A stretch of DNA of 13,193 nucleotides from Candidatus Phoenicimicrobium oleiphilum (lineage in GTDB: Bacteria > Atribacterota > Phoenicimicrobiia > Phoenicimicrobiales > Phoenicimicrobiaceae): NCBI GenBank assembly GCA_039638295.1, contig JBDIWJ010000042.1, forward strand, positions 1 to 13,193. Direction: 5' to 3'. Shown here in pieces: positions 1 through 8,981 of the stretch; positions within the stretch are counted from its first letter, which is position 1; each line of letters starts with the position of its first letter. Both the position numbers and the translations under genes were made by a program. The notes beneath the pieces are model-generated. The model saw nothing but the letters and a program-made list of their open reading frames with translations. It did no database searches and had not been told where the DNA came from.

Positions 1-98
1 TTTTAATGGATGTTCCTCTTCAACTTAGAAGAGGCAGGCAAATATGAAACTATACAATGGGGTTTCAATCCTTGTTTTAATGGATGTTCCTCTTCAAC
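1..98 (-). CRISPR. CRISPR array, leader-proximal end (partial repeat 1-24, 37-nt spacer 25-61, full 37-nt repeat 62-98); continues beyond the left edge
   Basis: Repeat on + is GTTTCAATCCTTGTTTTAATGGATGTTCCTCTTCAAC (62-98); its last 24 nt recur exactly at 1-24. Minus-strand form GTTGAAGAGGAACATCCATTAAAACAAGGATTGAAAC ends in the ATTGAAAC 8-nt handle typical of I-B/III crRNAs and has a 4-bp ATCC/GGAT stem. It lies directly downstream of cas1-cas2-cas4. Confidence 0.95.
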
Positions 99-269
99 TG
101 TAAACATTTAAAAAAATTAATTAATATAATAATTTCCTGAATATTTTATAGAATTATTTCCTTTTATTTTTGTATAATTTTCTTCAAAAATTACCACTTT
201 ATTAATCCTTTTGCAGGGTTTTTTCAGTCGCAAACACTTATACTACAATCTTTTTATCACTTTTACCTC
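99..269 (-). promoter_or_regulatory. CRISPR leader
   Basis: 171-bp very AT-rich non-coding stretch between the cas4 stop and the first repeat, on the 5' side of the repeat in its ATTGAAAC-terminal orientation. No unambiguous -35/-10 pair identified. Confidence 0.8.
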
Positions 270-869
270 TTAAACGCAAATATTTTTGTAACAACAATCG
301 ATACATTTAGCCGAATAACTTGTTCCTTTAGGGTAATAACCTAGTTGAATGATTCTTAACATTTCTTCAATAATATTAAATGCAGTCCTAAAATCTTTTT
401 CTTTAAAAAGTATTTCTTTTACTAAATTTTTACTCCTGGTATAACAAATATATCCTTTATTTACTTCACAGTGATAATTTTCTTTAATTAAAATTGCATA
501 AAGAACCGATTGAATCTTATGAGTGCGAAAAAGTCTATCTTTATATTCGGCGAATTTATAATCAAGGGGGGCTAATGTTCCATCTTCTAAAAACAATACT
601 TCATCAACTACACCCTTGAGGTGATATCTATCAGAAGCCAAATAAACAGAAATTTCTTTTTTGATACAATGTAATTTTTTTCTTAAATATTCTTTATTTA
701 TTTTAGATTTTTTCTCATGTATTTCTCTACCCATCAAAACCTTGTATCTTTGTTCCTCGTGCTGAGGAATAGAGAGACAGTTCATAAAATATATAAATCT
801 CGGACAATATAAATATTCTATTACCTCTGAAGGAGTAATATAAACTCCCTCTTTTATAATCTCCTCCAT
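270..869 (-). CDS. cas4: CRISPR-associated exonuclease Cas4
   Basis: N-terminal YLYCPR cysteine plus C-terminal CIDCCYKNIC cysteines (Fe-S ligands); RecB-like motifs GVVD, LDYK, QSVLYA; 199 aa; GGAG upstream. Confidence 0.95.
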   Translation of the reverse strand: MEEIIKEGVYITPSEVIEYLYCPRFIYFMNCLSIPQHEEQRYKVLMGREIHEKKSKINKEYLRKKLHCIKKEISVYLASDRYHLKGVVDEVLFLEDGTLAPLDYKFAEYKDRLFRTHKIQSVLYAILIKENYHCEVNKGYICYTRSKNLVKEILFKEKDFRTAFNIIEEMLRIIQLGYYPKGTSYSAKCIDCCYKNICV

Positions 870-880
870 CTTGCAGCTCC

Positions 881-1177
<297 letters not shown>

Positions 1178-1182
1178 TTAGC

Positions 1183-2157
1183 TCATTTCTGTTTTAATAA
1201 ATTATTAGCAATCCTATGGCATTCAAATTGAATTATATTTCGGTTTTTAATATTTCTCCCTCTATATCTAACCTTTTTCTCCAGAGTTTCCTGTAGGGCA
1301 TTTATTAGAACTGCTTTTCCTTCTTGATTCAGAGAAAGTCCATTTTTTATTTGGTCGAAATATTCCTTTTTGACTTTTCTTTTACTGAATAAATAAACTA
1401 CAGTCTTATCAACTAATATTCTAAATATTTCGATAAGATCAAAGACTAAGGATTTTTTATTATAATTATCAGTATGGATAAAACCTAGATAAGGGTCAAG
1501 ACCAGCAAGGATGCATCCTTTTTCCACCATAGAGTAGAGTACTCCATAACCGTAGTTAAGCAGGCAGTTGAATTCATCTTTAGCTGGATTTCTACTTCTG
1601 CCATTAAATTTAAATCGTTCCGGGATAATATGACTTAAAGCTTCAAAATATTCTTTCCCCGCCATCCCTTCTATAGCCATAATACTATTCCTTTTTTCTT
1701 CCAGAGAACCTTTCATTTTTCGGAGCATAAATATTTTTTTCTCTAAAGAAACTACACATTCATTTATAACTTTCTCTTTATTAGGGCGAGAATTGGCTAA
1801 ACTTTTTAAAAAATCAATATTATTTTCTATCTTGCAAATTATCCATTCCTTGGCTAAGTTTAGGCCTGTTTCTCCGGTAGAGGATTCTAATTGTTTTCTC
1901 CTGATTAGGGTTGTACTTCCCAATTTAGAATGCCAGACCCTACCATAGGGGTTGCCATAGTAATCCAAAAAGATAATATCAATATTATTATCTACCGCAA
2001 ATTTGACCGCATCGGTGGAAAGATAGGCACTGGTCGTAATTAGTATACTATCGATTTTTTTGACCGATACTTCAAAAACCTTGTCTTCATTTTTAATTAA
2101 AAAACAGTTATTCTTTTTTCTTAAATAAGAACCTCTGGAATTTATGACTAATTGCAT
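1183..2157 (-). CDS. cas1: CRISPR-associated integrase Cas1
   Basis: 324 aa; IEG..GKEYF, NCLLNYGYGVLY, GLDPYLGFIH, SLVFDLIEIFR (catalytic E/H/E-D residues present). Confidence 0.97.
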   Translation of the reverse strand: MQLVINSRGSYLRKKNNCFLIKNEDKVFEVSVKKIDSILITTSAYLSTDAVKFAVDNNIDIIFLDYYGNPYGRVWHSKLGSTTLIRRKQLESSTGETGLNLAKEWIICKIENNIDFLKSLANSRPNKEKVINECVVSLEKKIFMLRKMKGSLEEKRNSIMAIEGMAGKEYFEALSHIIPERFKFNGRSRNPAKDEFNCLLNYGYGVLYSMVEKGCILAGLDPYLGFIHTDNYNKKSLVFDLIEIFRILVDKTVVYLFSKRKVKKEYFDQIKNGLSLNQEGKAVLINALQETLEKKVRYRGRNIKNRNIIQFECHRIANNLLKQK

Positions 2158-2160
2158 AAT

Positions 2161-2829
2161 TTACTCTTTTTGATTATTTATCCTTTTAATTGTTCCAAAG
2201 CCGCGAGAGACTGATTTGCCGAGGCCAATATAGTCAGGTAGGTTAAAATTTACTTGAAATGTTCCAAGAAAACCAATAATATATTCTTCTTTAAATTTAA
2301 TCGAAGTTTCTTTTAGTCTGGTATTTACTATTATTTTAGAGTCAACAAAATATTGAAAAGTTTTAGCTATTGCCATAATATTGCGAATTAAGATACTTTT
2401 TAGTTGATCGGTTCGTTCTGAATAACTATAATTTTTGTATTTCTGATAATTTTCTTCATTTAAAGCAAACCAGGGAGTAAGAAACTTGTATTTTATATTT
2501 TCCGGAGCAATCCCAAAATCTTCCTCTTTTACAATTATTTCTTTGCTAAATATCTGATAAGAGTTTCCTCCCAGGGTTATTTTGTCATATTGATTATAAA
2601 TATTTTGCAAGACGTTTACTCCCTCTGCTAATCCTAAAACTACTTTTTTATAATCAATAGTCTTATATTGTATTCGTGGATATTGATAAAGGAATTTATT
2701 TTTACCTAAATGGTTATGCAAAAATAAATAATTACTAAATTTATTGGCAAAAAATCCACGAAGTTTAGCAGGATCTTCTCTTATCGGTTGGTCAGATTCC
2801 ATTTTTAAGAGCATAGTTTTTAATTTCAT
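2161..2829 (-). CDS. cas6: crRNA-processing endoribonuclease Cas6 (Cas6b-like)
   Basis: C-terminal Gly-rich loop IGLGKSVSRGFG; N-terminal LRGFF...LHNH...YQYPRIQYK pattern with an HxH pair like Methanococcus-type Cas6b; FLTPW motif. Confidence 0.92.
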   Translation of the reverse strand: MKLKTMLLKMESDQPIREDPAKLRGFFANKFSNYLFLHNHLGKNKFLYQYPRIQYKTIDYKKVVLGLAEGVNVLQNIYNQYDKITLGGNSYQIFSKEIIVKEEDFGIAPENIKYKFLTPWFALNEENYQKYKNYSYSERTDQLKSILIRNIMAIAKTFQYFVDSKIIVNTRLKETSIKFKEEYIIGFLGTFQVNFNLPDYIGLGKSVSRGFGTIKRINNQKE

Positions 2830-2841
2830 TTTAGTTTTTAT

Positions 2842-5355
2842 TTAGCGAATAAATGCCCCTCCTTCGGATTCTTTTTCTCTTTTAAAGCCAGTTTCTGAGT
2901 CATAATAATGTCCTTGATCTATTTCATCCTTAGAAATATAACCTAATTCTTCTTTATCATTTAATAAACCTTGGGCATATTGAGAAGGAACAGAAATGAC
3001 ATAATCATAAAAATTTTTTCTTATTTTTAAAAATTCATTCTTACGTTCGAAAGAATTTTTGATTGCTTTAATTTCTTGATATTTTTTATATACTTTCTGG
3101 GCTTCTTCGTCTAACTCAATAAAAATATCTGCTTTTTGATGCTCTACTTCGATTAATTTAAATTTACTCATTTCTTCAAAGTTTAATTTTTTTACTTCTT
3201 CTAAAATTTCTTTAGATTTATCATCTGATTTACCCTGGCTAACTTTATCAAAATAAAAATTACTTAAATTTAAAAAATCTTTCTCCGTAATTTTATTATT
3301 TTTAAACTCTTCAAAAGTATCTTTGGTCTTGAAGATAATGAAGGAGTCATAAATGAATTTATGAAATTCTCTTTTCTCTTCTTCCTGTTTAAGAACAAAT
3401 ATTTTTACTATTCCTTTTTTTTGGCCGAAATTTCGATTACATCTTCCTGCTACCTGATTAATAGAATCAAGTGGAGCGAAATCACGATAGACAATATCTA
3501 CATCCAAATCAACACCAGCCTCAATTAGTTGAGTACTAACAATAATTTTTCTCTTGGGGCTTTTCTTTTTGATATCTTTTATTCTTTCTAATCTAACTTT
3601 GGGAATTACATTTGCGGAAAGATAATAATATTTCGTATTTTGTAGGTTCAAATCTTTAACAAAATTAAAGATTTCTTGAGAAGAATTAATTGTATTCAGG
3701 ACAATTAAGAAATCCTTGTGGGGGTTGTTAATTAAATCTTCCTTCAATATATCTTTAAAATCATTTAAGCAAACTGATTCCAAATTTAATATTAATTCTA
3801 CTCTATTTAAAGCCTTAAAATATTCCTCTTTATTTTTTATCAAAGGTTTTATTTCTTTAGCCTTTTCATTAAAAAGTAAAGGTTGTGTAGCGGTAATTAA
3901 AATAAAATACATATTAAATTTTTCAGCTAAGAAATTAGCCACTTTGTTTAATAGTAACCAATAATAATGAGGGATTGCCTGGACTTCGTCTAAGATAATG
4001 ATACTATTTATTATGTTGTGAAATTTTCTAATAGATTTGTTTCGATTAGAAATTAAGCTATAGAAGAGCTGGATAAAAGTAGTAACTATAATTTCTGAAT
4101 TCCAACCCTCAATTAATAGTATATCCTTACTAATATCTTTTGGAGAAATATTTTCGAACTCTTCTTTTCCGAAATTAGTAGTAGTATAAGTTATATCAGA
4201 AAGGTGATGATGTTTTAACAATAAGTCTGAAGCGGGTTGTTTTCCGTTTAGGTAAAGTTTAAAAACATCTTCAAAAACAGCAAAATTTTGATCAATAATA
4301 CTTAAATAGGGCAAAGAATAGATAATTCTTGGCTTATATCCTTGCTCTCTTTCTATTTTTTCTCTTAATTTTAAGGCAAAAGAAAACGAGGTAAGAGTTT
4401 TTCCAGTTCCAGTAGGTACGTTTAAAGATAATAATCTGTCTTTGTCCAAATCCAAGTCATTAAGACTAGTGGTTGTCTCTTGATAAATAGCATTTCTAAT
4501 AGAGTTTATTTTGTATTCTTCTTTTTTGGTTCTCTTAAATTTTTGTTCTATGTATCTATCTACAACATCCTTATTTATATTGATCCTTTCTCCCTCTTTC
4601 AGGTCAGCAGCATCAATTTTGTCAGCATCTAAGAGTAGAGAGTATAAAAGTAAAGTTATAAAATAATAGAAGAGAGTATCTTCTTTATCTAGATTCCTAA
4701 TTAATTTCTTTTCTTGGCGACTTAAATCTTTTACGTATTTTTTTTCATATCTATCAAGTTTATTATAGATATAAACAGCGTTGGATTCTAAAATATTTTT
4801 TTTAAACAGATTGCAATCATACTTAAAGTTAATTTTAGGAAAAAGATTTTGGTAAATAGAATTAATTTCATTAAAATTAATTGAATTAGTTTGTTTTAAA
4901 AATATCTCTTCGCTATTTTGATCAAAATCAATAACTTCATCCAAGATATTGGTTAAATTACCGTGATGCCTTTTTACCACTAAAAAACTTATTACCTGAA
5001 GATATTTATAATATCTCTCATTTATAAGTTTTTTATCCGTCAAATATTGTTTTACAATATAATAAGTAAAAAGGGCAGAAATAAAGCTATGACGGGTTTC
5101 TGGTTTATTCTTTAATTCTGCTTTTTTTATTTCATCTTGTTCCTTTAAGTAATTTTGAAAATAGGAAGTTGACTTTCCAAAATCATGAGTTATTCCAATT
5201 AGATATGAAATGTCTCTTAGAACATTAGCATCTATATATTCGTCTATATTTAGATTTTTTAGTGATAAAATTTTTTGACATAAATCTCCTACTTTTTGCA
5301 AATGATCATATAATAGTTTATCCGGATGGGATTTTAATCTATTCAATAAAGACAA
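2842..5355 (-). CDS. cas3: Cas3 HD nuclease-SF2 helicase fusion (start re-called to TTG at 5355, ~837 aa)
   Basis: HD domain (SHP..L.DHL, THDFGK, RHS, KRHHG, LLDADKIDA) and helicase motifs PTGTGKT, ILDEVQ, ITAT, STQLIEAGVDLD, QVAGRCNR. AGGAGG (5363-5368) lies 7 nt before an in-frame TTG overlapping the cas5 end. Confidence 0.96.
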   Translation of the reverse strand: MSLLNRLKSHPDKLLYDHLQKVGDLCQKILSLKNLNIDEYIDANVLRDISYLIGITHDFGKSTSYFQNYLKEQDEIKKAELKNKPETRHSFISALFTYYIVKQYLTDKKLINERYYKYLQVISFLVVKRHHGNLTNILDEVIDFDQNSEEIFLKQTNSINFNEINSIYQNLFPKINFKYDCNLFKKNILESNAVYIYNKLDRYEKKYVKDLSRQEKKLIRNLDKEDTLFYYFITLLLYSLLLDADKIDAADLKEGERININKDVVDRYIEQKFKRTKKEEYKINSIRNAIYQETTTSLNDLDLDKDRLLSLNVPTGTGKTLTSFSFALKLREKIEREQGYKPRIIYSLPYLSIIDQNFAVFEDVFKLYLNGKQPASDLLLKHHHLSDITYTTTNFGKEEFENISPKDISKDILLIEGWNSEIIVTTFIQLFYSLISNRNKSIRKFHNIINSIIILDEVQAIPHYYWLLLNKVANFLAEKFNMYFILITATQPLLFNEKAKEIKPLIKNKEEYFKALNRVELILNLESVCLNDFKDILKEDLINNPHKDFLIVLNTINSSQEIFNFVKDLNLQNTKYYYLSANVIPKVRLERIKDIKKKSPKRKIIVSTQLIEAGVDLDVDIVYRDFAPLDSINQVAGRCNRNFGQKKGIVKIFVLKQEEEKREFHKFIYDSFIIFKTKDTFEEFKNNKITEKDFLNLSNFYFDKVSQGKSDDKSKEILEEVKKLNFEEMSKFKLIEVEHQKADIFIELDEEAQKVYKKYQEIKAIKNSFERKNEFLKIRKNFYDYVISVPSQYAQGLLNDKEELGYISKDEIDQGHYYDSETGFKREKESEGGAFIR

Positions 5356-6091
5356 TATTTTCCCTCCTACCATCGTCATATTTAATAGTTCTATAAGCTT
5401 CAATTAATTTTGCTTTTATAGGTCTACCCTTGCGATCAAAAATGATATCCCCATATTTTGTAACAATCCTTTCAGTATTTAATTCTATTGGCATTCTTAT
5501 GGAAAAGTATTCTCCTTCTGATTCAAACATTATTCCTTCTTTTTCTAAAGTTTTTTGTAAAGGCAATACTGTATCAATAGAAATATAATCATCTTTACAG
5601 GGAAGAATGTCAATTTCAAATTCTCCAACAAAATTATAATTGGCAATATTTTCGCTTAAGCCCAGACAGGGGGTATATACCATTTTGTGTTGAGTTAAAT
5701 TTTGTTTTAATTTTCGATATACCATATTATTTTCATCGGGACAATGGAAATAGATTCTATATTTTTGATCTTTTAAGAATTCAAATCTTATCTGGGTCCT
5801 CTCAGTTATTAAATTCATTCCCGGGCCTTTGGCATTTTTAGTATGTATTAAATTTTCAGCAATTACCGTCTTTTTTATGGGATTTAATAATTTTAAGGCA
5901 ATATGGGTAATTTCAGTAGAAAAATAATTTAAATAATCATTATCTTCTTTTTCTAAACCGATTATCGCTCCAATTAAACCACATAAGGCAGTCCGAGGAG
6001 GAATAGGAAAAGAAAGGGGAGAGGTAGTAGTATAAAATCTTCTAAAATGGGCATAATCTCCCCAGACATCAAATACTAACACCTTATTCAT
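5339..6091 (-). CDS. cas5: Type I-B Cas5 (Cas5h/Cas5b)
   Basis: VFDVWGDYAHFRR..TTTSPLSFPIPPRTALCGLIGAIIG N-terminal Cas5 signature; YTPCLG motif; GAGGTGA RBS. Confidence 0.95.
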   Translation of the reverse strand: MNKVLVFDVWGDYAHFRRFYTTTSPLSFPIPPRTALCGLIGAIIGLEKEDNDYLNYFSTEITHIALKLLNPIKKTVIAENLIHTKNAKGPGMNLITERTQIRFEFLKDQKYRIYFHCPDENNMVYRKLKQNLTQHKMVYTPCLGLSENIANYNFVGEFEIDILPCKDDYISIDTVLPLQKTLEKEGIMFESEGEYFSIRMPIELNTERIVTKYGDIIFDRKGRPIKAKLIEAYRTIKYDDGRRENIVFIE

Positions 6092-6109
6092 TTTTAAATC
6101 ACCTCTTTG

Positions 6110-7009
6110 TTAATTAAGAGAAATGCTATTTATTTTAATTGATGTATCCAATCCCTCCAAATTTATCCTAACTCTTTCATCAATTTTAAGGTCAATACTT
6201 TCGATCTTTTCTTTATTGATATTTAAAGTTTCTACCAATTTACTGGCATCTAATTCTATATCACCAATATCGCGAATCTTTTCCTCTTGTATATTGTCAA
6301 TATCTTTTATTTTAATTAGTTTATCCAAATCTCCTAAATGATAATTTTCTTCTTTATAATTTACTTTTAAAAGCAAACGAGGCATCTGCCCTATCTTACT
6401 TCGAGAAATTAAATTTTTGGTTCCATTCCACATTGCTTCTAAAAGTAAATTTACATCATCTTCACTGAGTTGTGTATGCTGAGCAGTGTTTTCGTTGATA
6501 ATTCCGTAGAAACAAATTAATGAATAAGGAAGGATATACATTCCAGTAAATGTGCCTTGACCTTTTGCTTCTCTCGAGGGCATTACTGTAGTTCCTTTTA
6601 CAAAAGTAAGATTTACTTTATTTAAGGATCTTCCAAAATTAAATTGAACAGGTCCAGTAAATGTTATTGTCTTGTTTTTTATTGCTGTAGTAGCACCGAA
6701 TAATCTTATATCAATACATTTATTTATTAATTCTTTTGGAGACTCGATTTTTAAGTCGTTCAGTCTATCTTCTTTTGTTTTTAATTTTCCTTCTTCATTT
6801 CGAATTTCTCTAATAAAAATTTCTTCGTTTTTAAAATTCATGAGATAATCCCGAATAGTTCTTTTTAAACGTACATCAGTTACTATGTTTATTCCAGTTT
6901 CTTCATCAATTCGCGGTTTGTTTTCATCTAAAGGATCTCCATTGGGATTGGCATCTTTGATATCGTAGAGAAATAAGATTTCTGATCTGTTTTTCATAAA
7001 ATTACTCAT
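6110..7009 (-). CDS. cas7: Type I-B backbone Cas7 (Csh2; start re-called to ATG 7009, ~299 aa)
   Basis: NPNGDPLDENKPRID, VTDVRLKRTIRDY, IDIRLFG, TGPVQF, SRSKIGQMPRLL motifs of Cas7b/Csh2; GGAGGT (7017-7022) 7 nt before ATG 7009. Confidence 0.96.
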   Translation of the reverse strand: MSNFMKNRSEILFLYDIKDANPNGDPLDENKPRIDEETGINIVTDVRLKRTIRDYLMNFKNEEIFIREIRNEEGKLKTKEDRLNDLKIESPKELINKCIDIRLFGATTAIKNKTITFTGPVQFNFGRSLNKVNLTFVKGTTVMPSREAKGQGTFTGMYILPYSLICFYGIINENTAQHTQLSEDDVNLLLEAMWNGTKNLISRSKIGQMPRLLLKVNYKEENYHLGDLDKLIKIKDIDNIQEEKIRDIGDIELDASKLVETLNINKEKIESIDLKIDERVRINLEGLDTSIKINSISLN

Positions 7010-7454
7010 TTTCTTTACCTCCATTATTTTTTTCTTTTTTAAATAAATCAGATAGATTCATTCCCAATACAAAATAAAAACTAATCTCATCATTGGTTAT
7101 ATTCCAATTATTTCCTGAGGAAACAAAATAATAAGAAATAATTGACTCTAAATCCCGATAATAGTTTTTTTCATATTCTTCTAATTTATTTTCCATCTCT
7201 GGCAAAAGTTTTCTAATTTGCTTTTCATCTAATTTTAAACTTTTTAGGCGCGGTCTAAATGGTTCTTTACCTGCTTGGGCATTACTTACTTCAGGAAGTC
7301 TTTGAATATTCAATAACTTTTGAGCCAAAGTTCCTTCTAAAAATATTCCCTTCTTAATATTGCTATCAAAAAAATCAGAAAATTTATCGAAAAAAGACTC
7401 GATTTTCGTTTTTATTTCGCCTCCTATTTCATTGGGTAAAATTAATTTTTCCAT
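7002..7454 (-). CDS. cas11: Putative small subunit Cas11b translated from an internal in-frame start in cas8b (~150 aa; alternative ATG at 7463)
   Basis: AAGGAGG (7466-7472) inside cas8b, followed by in-frame ATGs at 7463 and 7454 (KKEEMTKMEK). The position fits a C-terminal helical bundle; internal Cas11 translation is established for I-B/I-C/I-D. Confidence 0.7.
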   Translation of the reverse strand: MEKLILPNEIGGEIKTKIESFFDKFSDFFDSNIKKGIFLEGTLAQKLLNIQRLPEVSNAQAGKEPFRPRLKSLKLDEKQIRKLLPEMENKLEEYEKNYYRDLESIISYYFVSSGNNWNITNDEISFYFVLGMNLSDLFKKEKNNGGKENE

Positions 7455-8912
7455 TTTTGTCATTTCCTCCTTTTTGTATTTTAATATTTTTAATTTATTT
7501 AAATAGTTTAATAACATAAAAGCTTTCAAGGTATCAATTTTTGTGGGATATCCATTTATAAAGTCATCTCTTATTTTTTGCATAATGAAATCTAAGAGAA
7601 AATCATAATCTACTGGTTTACCAGTAAAAATTTTATTTACAATGTCTAAGAAATATTTTCTACTAATCCATCTTTTATTAGTAAAATCATAAAAAAAATC
7701 TTGGAGAACATCAAAATTAAATTCTAATGATCTTTCACCGGTTTTCTTTTTACTTTCGGATACAGGAACCATGCATCCCTTAAAAATTTCAACGTTATCA
7801 ATATCTTTTTTAGCATCAAACAATTCCCTTAATCTCGAAGGCAAAATATTCTCGACGTAGAGTAAAATTTTAAATTCGGCATTTGATACAGTATAAAACA
7901 TAAAGTTCATATTTAGATAATTCTTTTGTTTGCTCATCAATTCTAAAAGTTCCTCTTCAGCATTAGTTAGCCGATTTATTTCCGTTTTTCTAAATTTTGG
8001 GTCTTTTTGCTGTTTCATGATTTCGAAAATCTCATTTTTTGTTTCTTTGTCTACCCCGCTAATAAATTTTGGAATTAAAAAGTATCTAACTCCATAATTA
8101 GGCTTTAAAAGGTTAAAATTCAAATTTTTTTCTAAATATTTTTTACCTTCTTCTAAGGTAAGCGCACAATTCAAACATACAGGATAGTTTTTCCAAGCAT
8201 CTTTTTGTTGAAAACCACCACTGACAAATCCAGGTTTATCTACAGTATAAAAATTAAAAGTATTTACAAATCCATAAACTTCTCCATTTTTTTTCTTACA
8301 TATTGAGCATAATTTATTTTCTGATTTTGCTACTTCCCCATATTTTTTATAAAATTTTTCTGAAGCACTATTAACTAAAATATTTCTGAAGATGTTGTAC
8401 TCTCCCGGATATTTATCGTTAATTTTTATCGTAATAATACATTTCTCTTTTTTATTTATTCCTTCGTATTGTATTTCTAAGTCTTTTTTAATTTTATTTT
8501 TATTCCTTCTAAGACAATCCCCAATTTTAACCAAAAAGTTTATATTTTCATTTGATCCCAATTTTTTATATTCTTTAAACCATGATAAGATTTTAAGTTC
8601 AAATGTTGTCTTTTTAGCACCATCTTCTTTCACTCTTGTTATTCGGGATGTGGGAGTAATATCTATGCCTCTTGAATTCCCCTGTTTGTATAAATATTTT
8701 TTTAGCTTTTCCTTTGAATATCGTTCGTGCTCAATATTTTTATATATATATTCTCCATTTATTTCCTGTAAGACAATCGAAAAAATATTTTTATATGTTG
8801 GGTTTTTATGGTTACTTTCAGGGTCATCAAGTAAAATTTCTAAAGGATTATTAATGCTTTTCCCTTCTTTTTCAAGTGAATATTCCCCAATATTCCTAAT
8901 TGCTTCTATCAT
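7002..8912 (-). CDS. cas8b: Type I-B large subunit Cas8b (Csh1/TM1802-like)
   Basis: 636 aa directly upstream of cas7; zinc-finger CSIC...FYTVDKPGF...WKNYPVCLNC; C-terminal FYFVLGM helix; GGAGGT RBS at 8918-8923. Confidence 0.9.
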   Translation of the reverse strand: MIEAIRNIGEYSLEKEGKSINNPLEILLDDPESNHKNPTYKNIFSIVLQEINGEYIYKNIEHERYSKEKLKKYLYKQGNSRGIDITPTSRITRVKEDGAKKTTFELKILSWFKEYKKLGSNENINFLVKIGDCLRRNKNKIKKDLEIQYEGINKKEKCIITIKINDKYPGEYNIFRNILVNSASEKFYKKYGEVAKSENKLCSICKKKNGEVYGFVNTFNFYTVDKPGFVSGGFQQKDAWKNYPVCLNCALTLEEGKKYLEKNLNFNLLKPNYGVRYFLIPKFISGVDKETKNEIFEIMKQQKDPKFRKTEINRLTNAEEELLELMSKQKNYLNMNFMFYTVSNAEFKILLYVENILPSRLRELFDAKKDIDNVEIFKGCMVPVSESKKKTGERSLEFNFDVLQDFFYDFTNKRWISRKYFLDIVNKIFTGKPVDYDFLLDFIMQKIRDDFINGYPTKIDTLKAFMLLNYLNKLKILKYKKEEMTKMEKLILPNEIGGEIKTKIESFFDKFSDFFDSNIKKGIFLEGTLAQKLLNIQRLPEVSNAQAGKEPFRPRLKSLKLDEKQIRKLLPEMENKLEEYEKNYYRDLESIISYYFVSSGNNWNITNDEISFYFVLGMNLSDLFKKEKNNGGKENE

Positions 8913-8981
8913 TGCAAACCTCCAATTTTTTACTTTTTCATACTACTGTTTAATATAATGTTTTAATTTATATAAAGTATT

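Noticed and set aside
5356..5403. Longer ORF-track N-termini for cas3 (5403), and likewise cas7 (7024) and istB (12424)
   Set aside because: Downstream starts (5355, 7009, 12406) have strong, properly spaced SD sequences and shorter overlaps with the upstream gene.
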